NCBI GenBank assembly: GCA_965205265.1
Contig: CBDBGH010000003.1
Span: forward strand, 3,680,001-3,744,000
Source: Alphaproteobacteria bacterium
GTDB taxonomy: Bacteria; Pseudomonadota; Alphaproteobacteria; Bin95
Reading direction: 5' to 3'
Length of the DNA: 64,000 bases
The notes beneath the pieces are model-generated. The model was not told the DNA's origin. It did no database searches and was given only the letters and a program-made list of their open reading frames with translations. The position numbers and the translations under genes are program-made. Shown in pieces: positions 58,758 through 64,000 of this stretch (position 1 is its first letter; each line of letters starts with the position of its first letter).

Positions 58758-59468
58758 ATGAAAAGCGAGACAATGACTGACGGTGCTGGCGAGACAGTCA
58801 TGGCCAACTGCAACAGATGCGGTGGGGATCGGAGCAGTTATGTCAAGGCCGACCATGTTTGGCGCGACGATATCCATGACGGCATGATTTGGTGGAGAAC
58901 GGTATGGGAAATCCTGGAATGCGCCGGCTGTGGCGAGATCAGCGTCCGTCGGCGGCACATGTTCTCCGAGGACGTGGAGCCGGGTTATGACGAAGAGAGC
59001 GATTACATACCGGAGACGATTACCTATTGGCCGGCGAAGCGTCGCCATGTGCGCCCCGCTTGGCAGGACGCGATAGGCTGGCAGGTCCGCGCTCGCATCC
59101 CGGACGCTGTCGGTCGAGTCCTGGAAGAGGTCTATGCCGCGGTCGATCATGGGCTCCCCGTCCTGGCGGCATTCGGGACGAGAACGCTGCTGGATCTGTT
59201 GATGAGCGACAAGGTCGGCGACCCGGAGAAGACATTTCAAGAAAAGCTGAAGGCGATGGTCGCCCATGGGCATATGGGCGCGTATGAGAAGGGCCAGTTC
59301 TCGATCATGGTGGATGCCGGGCACGCGGCCGCGCATCGCGCGCATGTCCCCGACGAGGAAACTCTCGGCAAAGTCCTTAGGGCGGTCGAAGCGCTGCTTT
59401 ACCGGTTGTATGTCCTGCCGGCCGATGCCGAATCGGTCAAGGCGAACACGCCGAAGCGTTCGCGCTAG
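58758..59468 (+). CDS. DUF4145 domain protein with an N-terminal Zn ribbon
   Basis: CNRC...CAGC; LEEVYAA...LAAFGTRTLLD...DAGHAAAH. Confidence 0.8.
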   Translation: MKSETMTDGAGETVMANCNRCGGDRSSYVKADHVWRDDIHDGMIWWRTVWEILECAGCGEISVRRRHMFSEDVEPGYDEESDYIPETITYWPAKRRHVRPAWQDAIGWQVRARIPDAVGRVLEEVYAAVDHGLPVLAAFGTRTLLDLLMSDKVGDPEKTFQEKLKAMVAHGHMGAYEKGQFSIMVDAGHAAAHRAHVPDEETLGKVLRAVEALLYRLYVLPADAESVKANTPKRSR

Positions 59469-59814
59469 ACCCGAGCGCAGCGTTCCCCTTTCGGCAGGTT
59501 TCCTGCCGCCGCCAATGGCGGATCCTGCAATCGGGACGCCGCATCGATCATGAGCAGGTTCGAGTGCCGCCGACCGGACCGGGAGCCGGGTCTGCGCAAA
59601 ATTGGAGTCTGCCGGACCGGCAGGAGAACCCTAAATGTTGTGGTGCCGGGCTCGTCTGACACAACCGAGGGAAATTGCTGGGAGCGAGATTCCCCCCAAA
59701 ATATTCATCGGCTCTGATTTCGAGAGCAATCAGCCCCGACGGGCAACGCTATCCCGCGCCGCAGCCTCCCGCCAGGTGAGAGCGCCCGCCAACGACACAA
59801 GGGGAACCCCCTGA

Positions 59815-60555
59815 ATGAGATCCGCGCTATCGATCATCCTTGCAGCCGCCCTGTGGGCCGTTCCGGCGGCAGGCCAGTCGCCCGAGACCTTCGCAAAGTC
59901 GAAGCGGCTCCTGGCCGGCATCCACGAGGACATCGGGCATCTGAAGACCGTTTATTGCGGCTGCCCCTACACACGCAAGGGCCGCATGGGCGGCGACATC
60001 GACCGCGACGCCTGCGGGCTGCGGGCGCGCAAGAACGAGACGCGCTCGGACCGGATCGAGTGGGAGCATGTCGTGCCCGCATCGTGGTTCGGGCGGGACC
60101 GGTCGTGCTGGACCGCGGGCCATGCGCTGTGCGTGAAGAAGAACGGCAAAGCCTTCAAGGGCAGGAAATGCTGCGAGAAGGCCGGCGTCGACCCCGAATT
60201 CCTCGGCGCGCACAACGACCCGCACAACCTCTTTCCCGCGGGCGGCGAGGTGAACGGCGACCGGTCGGCCCATCCCTACGGAATGGTGGAGGGCGAGCCC
60301 CGAAAATACGGGGCATGCGATTTCGAGGTAGGCGGACGACCGAAGGTTGCCGAGCCGGCCGATGGCGTTCGCGGAGAGATTGCCCGGGCGATGCTCTACA
60401 TGGCGGACCGGTACGGGATCGACGTGAAGATGACGCGGAACGAGCTGACCGCCTGGCATGTGGCGGACCCGCCGGACGACTGGGAACGGGAGCGGGCACG
60501 GCGGATCGAAACGGCGACGGGTCTGCGGAATCGCTTTATCGAGGAAGCGCGGTAA
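59815..60555 (+). CDS. Endonuclease I (EndA/Vvn family), signal peptide
   Basis: YCGC, IEWEHVVPAS, DPHNLFPAGGEVNGDRS and RGEIARAMLYM. Confidence 0.93.
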   Translation: MRSALSIILAAALWAVPAAGQSPETFAKSKRLLAGIHEDIGHLKTVYCGCPYTRKGRMGGDIDRDACGLRARKNETRSDRIEWEHVVPASWFGRDRSCWTAGHALCVKKNGKAFKGRKCCEKAGVDPEFLGAHNDPHNLFPAGGEVNGDRSAHPYGMVEGEPRKYGACDFEVGGRPKVAEPADGVRGEIARAMLYMADRYGIDVKMTRNELTAWHVADPPDDWERERARRIETATGLRNRFIEEAR

Positions 60556-60790
60556 GTCCGTTTGCGACGCCGATATGCTCAGCTGGGCGGAGGAGATGCC
60601 ATGCACCGGCCGGTGGGGCATAGAATCGAATCGGATTTCCCGACAGCCTGCCCCCATTGCCTGTCCCCGCGTACTGGCGGGGAGAAGGCGGGATTCCGGG
60701 GGCCGGGAAGGTTGTCCGCACTGCAGCAGTATCCGGCATGACACTCTGCATTTCCGGTTTCCGGCGCCGGGCGTCGGGACAGCGGCGGAC

Positions 60791-61684
60791 ATGACATTGC
60801 GCAACGTCGGATATGCCATTCTGGCATTGCTTGTTCTGTGTCTGGCGCCTCCGGAAGGACTCGCCGGCGAACTGCGTATCGCGGCCTGGAACCTGGAGCA
60901 TCTGGACGATAGCGACGGCTAGGGCTGCGTCGGGCGAAACGACGCCGACTACGCCGCGCTTGCGAGGCAGGTTGAGGAACTCGATGCCGATATCGTCGCC
61001 TTCCAGGAAGTCGAGAACGCGGCGGCGGCCCACCGCGTGTTCCCGGCCTCCGACTGGCATGTCGAGATGTCGCGCCGCCCGCCGATGGAGCAAAGTCCGG
61101 CCTGCCGGGACCGGCCCGAGGCGCGTCTCGGTCATTTGGCAACGGGATTCGCGATCCGCAGAGGCGTTGCCTATCGACGGAACGAGGATCTGAGGAGCCT
61201 GGGTGAGGAGCAGGCTTTCCAGCGCTGGGGTACGGACATCACGATCCTAGAAGAAAAGAGCGAACTGCGGCTTCTTTCGGTGCATCTCAAGACCGGGTGC
61301 TGGGGCAGGAAACAGGACCGGGATAACGGGTGCCGGGAAACCTGCGCGACGCTCCGGGACCAGATCGAGCGTCTCAAGGCATGGGCCGACGCGCGTCGGG
61401 CCGAAGGTATGCCCTTCGTCATCCTGGGCGATTTCAATCGCCGGTTGGCGCTGCCGGACGACTGGGCCTGGGCGGTTCTGTCGCCACGTTCTGCGCCGCT
61501 CGTCCTGCTGACCGACGGCATCAAGTTTCGCTGTGATTCCCGCTATCCGGCATTCATCGACCATCTGGTTGCCGGGGGCGGCGCCGAAGTAATGCTGATT
61601 GGCGGCTCGTTCCGCGAGTGGCCGCGCCGGGGACCGCATCCCGACCACTGCGCGGTATCGGCGGTTTTCCGGATGGGGCGTTAG
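60791..61684 (+). pseudogene. Secreted endonuclease/exonuclease/phosphatase with an in-frame TAG at 60920
   Basis: RIAAWNLEHL-DDSDG*GC...VAFQEVE, SVHLKTGC, ILGDFNR, IDH and DHC are all in one frame. Confidence 0.88.
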
Positions 61685-61725
61685 GCGCAACTGACGCAAG
61701 AGGGGCGCCGAAGCTCTGAGCGCGA

Positions 61726-62172
61726 TCACCCGCGCTGGCCTGAGGCTCGCAGCAGCCGCTTATAGGCTCGAGTCTCGGCGAAGGCGGGGCAGGAGAACTG
61801 CGCCTTGGCCTCCGCATCGCTGACGGCCTCGCCATTGCCGGCCGGGTCGGCGCCGGCGTCCAGCGCCGCCTCGATGAAGGCGGCATTGGCGGCGTTGACG
61901 GCGTAGTTGAGAGGCTTCTGGCCGTAACCGTCGCAGGCTTCGGGATCGGCGCCGGCCTCGAACAGCGCCGCCGCCACCTCCCCGACCGGGTTGTTGTACG
62001 CAGCGTAGTGGAGCGGCGTGCAGCCGCCGGCGTCGCGGGCGTCGGGATCCGCTCCACGGGCGACCAGATCGTCGATCTCCGCCCTGTTCTCGGCCATGGC
62101 GGCGGCGACATGGATGAATTGCGCCCCGTAGCCTAGCCGGAACAGCCCATGCATGCCGTCAGCGTAGATCAT
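61726..62172 (-). CDS. Ankyrin-repeat protein (possibly 5'-truncated by IS66)
   Basis: GADPDARDAGGCTPLHYAA, GADPEACDGYGQKPLNYAV and DAGADP. Confidence 0.82.
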   Translation of the reverse strand: MIYADGMHGLFRLGYGAQFIHVAAAMAENRAEIDDLVARGADPDARDAGGCTPLHYAAYNNPVGEVAAALFEAGADPEACDGYGQKPLNYAVNAANAAFIEAALDAGADPAGNGEAVSDAEAKAQFSCPAFAETRAYKRLLRASGQRG

Positions 62173-62174
62173 TT

Positions 62175-62312
62175 GTAAGCGATGCGGCAGGGGCACCTTC
62201 CGCTCGGTCTCGGGATTTGAGACTCCGCTACGTTCGGGAGGACGTAGAGGAGTTTCTCCATGGAGCGCACTGCGGAGTTTCTCAGCCCGGTCGAGGTGAT
62301 CGGTGGAGTGAA
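62175..62312 (+). mobile_element. Second IS66 left end and tnpA start, interrupted by IS1380
   Basis: GTAAGCGATGCGG end resembles the first IS66 inverted repeat; MERTAEFLSPVEVIGGVN starts at 62260. Confidence 0.75.
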
Positions 62313-64000
62313 CCTAAATCCGGCAGTTGATCGGGGCCTGGATTCGCCGTGGCCCTTGTAGACTGCGGGTATGAGCGGATTTGGATGGGGCCGAGAGGGT
62401 CACCCTGCGGGTGAGGGTTCTGGCGCTGTGCGGGACCTCGCCTGCGAGGCTGTGAAGGTGGACACCTTCGGCGGCACGGTTCACGTCGAATGGGACCCGG
62501 ATGCGGCGGTGACGCCGCTTGGCCATCTGGCGTTCTTCGCGGAATATCTGAAGGTGAGCGGTCGCTTCGAGGCGCTGGTGGCGGACTGCCCGCTCGTCTA
62601 CACGAGCCCGAACGCGCCTTCGAAGCGGGACGTTCTGGGGACGGTGCTGCTTTCGGTTCTGGCGGGCCAGTCTCGCTATGCGCACATCACGGCGCTGCGC
62701 GGGGACGGGGTGAACCCGGCGCTGTTGGGGATGGGCAAGGTCGCGAGCGAGGATTCGGTCCGGCGCGGTCTGGAGCGGATCGGGGCGGATGAGGGCACAA
62801 CGTGGCTTCAGGGCCATCTCGACGACACGGTCCGCCCGCTGCTGAGCGAGCCTTGGGTTCTGGACTGCGACACGACGATCAAGCCGCTCTACGGCCGCCA
62901 GGAGGGGGCGGTGGTGAGCTACAACCCGAAGAAGCCGGGCCGTCCCTCGCACGCCTGCCATGCGTTCCTGATGGCGGGCACGCGGCTGGTTCTGGATGTC
63001 GAGGTTGCGCCGGGCAATCATCACCGCTCGAACCGGGCGGCGCCGTCCTTGTGGGCTTTGCTGGACCGTCTCGGCCGGGACCGCTGGCCGCGCCTGGTGC
63101 GGGGGGACAAGGACTGGGGCAGCGAGGGCAACATGGCGTCGTGCGAGGCGGCGGGTCTGGACTATCTGTTCAAGCTGCGCCTGACCAGGGGCGCGCGCCG
63201 GCTTGCCGAGCGGCAGATGGCGCGGGACGGCTGGGAGGATGCGGGCCAGGGCTGGCAGGGGATCGGGGCCGATCTGCGCTTGCAGGGCTGGAGCCGGTTG
63301 CGCCGGGCCGTGGTTCTGCGCCGCCGGCTTCCGGCGACACTGGCGCTGACGCGCGGCGACACCGCCCAGGGCGAGCTGTTCTGGACCGAGGCGCAGCCCG
63401 GCACCGGGGTATGGGAGTTCGCGGTGCTGGCCACCTCGCTCGATCTGGAGGTGCGCTCTGTGGCCCAGCTCTACCGCGACCGGGCCGACGCGGAGAACGG
63501 CTTCGACGAGTTGAAGAACCAGTGGGGCTGGGGAGGCTTCACCACGCACGACCTGACGCGCTGCCGCCACATGGCCCGGCTGATCGCGCTCATCTACGAC
63601 TGGTGGAGCCTCTTCGTCCGCCTCGCCGGTCCCGAGCGCCACCGCGAGGCGATCACCAGCCGGCCGCTGCTGCTGCACGGCGTCGCCCGCCAGACCTGGC
63701 ACGCCGGCCAGCCCCGGCTGACGGTGACCTCCCACCACGGGCGGCGCGAGGCGGTGGCTGCTGCCCTGCGGCGGATCGCCGGCTTCTTCCGGACCGTGAG
63801 GCAAAATGCGGAGCAGTTGAGCGCCGAGGATCGCTGGCGCCGGATCCTCGCCGAAGCGCTCAAAAAATACCTCCACGGCCGCGAGCCGGGCCGTCAGCCC
63901 TGGCTGCCGCCCCCTCGGGCCGCGCCAGCGTGCTGAAATCGAACCCGAAATCGACCATTCCAACCGCGCCGAGAGGGCGATCACGCCCTCCAACCGCCGG
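62313..64000 (+). mobile_element. IS1380-family element (right end beyond the window)
   Basis: CCTAAATCC left end interrupting tnpA; full-length transposase. Confidence 0.8.
62371..63936 (+). CDS. IS1380-family transposase
   Basis: LDCDTTIKPLYGRQEGA, VRGDKDWG and YRDRADAENGFDELKNQWGWGGF. Confidence 0.92.
   Translation: MSGFGWGREGHPAGEGSGAVRDLACEAVKVDTFGGTVHVEWDPDAAVTPLGHLAFFAEYLKVSGRFEALVADCPLVYTSPNAPSKRDVLGTVLLSVLAGQSRYAHITALRGDGVNPALLGMGKVASEDSVRRGLERIGADEGTTWLQGHLDDTVRPLLSEPWVLDCDTTIKPLYGRQEGAVVSYNPKKPGRPSHACHAFLMAGTRLVLDVEVAPGNHHRSNRAAPSLWALLDRLGRDRWPRLVRGDKDWGSEGNMASCEAAGLDYLFKLRLTRGARRLAERQMARDGWEDAGQGWQGIGADLRLQGWSRLRRAVVLRRRLPATLALTRGDTAQGELFWTEAQPGTGVWEFAVLATSLDLEVRSVAQLYRDRADAENGFDELKNQWGWGGFTTHDLTRCRHMARLIALIYDWWSLFVRLAGPERHREAITSRPLLLHGVARQTWHAGQPRLTVTSHHGRREAVAAALRRIAGFFRTVRQNAEQLSAEDRWRRILAEALKKYLHGREPGRQPWLPPPRAAPAC

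Noticed and set aside
59555-59567. tRNA T-loop-like CAGGTTCGAGTGC as an island attachment site
   Set aside because: No cloverleaf or acceptor stem can be built, and no second copy was seen.
60920-60922. Pyrrolysine or programmed amber readthrough
   Set aside because: No pyl genes in the window, the position is non-catalytic, and a point mutation is simpler.
58389-61688. DGR template/variable repeat pair
   Set aside because: Mismatches are not adenine-specific, many are synonymous third positions, and there is no reverse transcriptase in the window.

Overview
High-GC window that looks alphaproteobacterial (gcrA, bacA/sbmA, cobUWNOQ); a Rhodospirillales-like assignment is my inference. Bases 1-38,200 are mostly metabolic and housekeeping genes: acyl-CoA dehydrogenases, SDR, USP, P450, a TcuA-like flavoprotein, a MaoC pair, a cobalamin operon, queA, a Rieske oxygenase, hydantoinase A/B, MCC-beta, HMG-CoA lyase and BacA. 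Small toxin-antitoxin (TA) cassettes, many broken, and a family of about 88-bp REP-like palindromes sit between them. Bases ~38,300-64,000 are an accessory/defence island: higBA, an AT-rich TIR plus TM-macro (type II Thoeris-like) cassette, IS66, an IS5 remnant, a triple cold-shock-domain gene, AbiEi/AbiEii, DUF4145, secreted nucleases, an ankyrin protein and nested IS66/IS1380. The best novelty candidate is a 5,140-bp IS21-family element (48819-53958, TG...CA ends, 6-bp TCCTGG target duplication). It carries a hairpin-rich leader, a Cys-rich Zn-finger gene and a catalytically divergent primase/TOPRIM-like gene coupled to istB. Next to it are a DUF6088-LOTUS fusion and an orphan phage prohead protease. 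All family calls come from recognising motifs by eye; no database searches were run.
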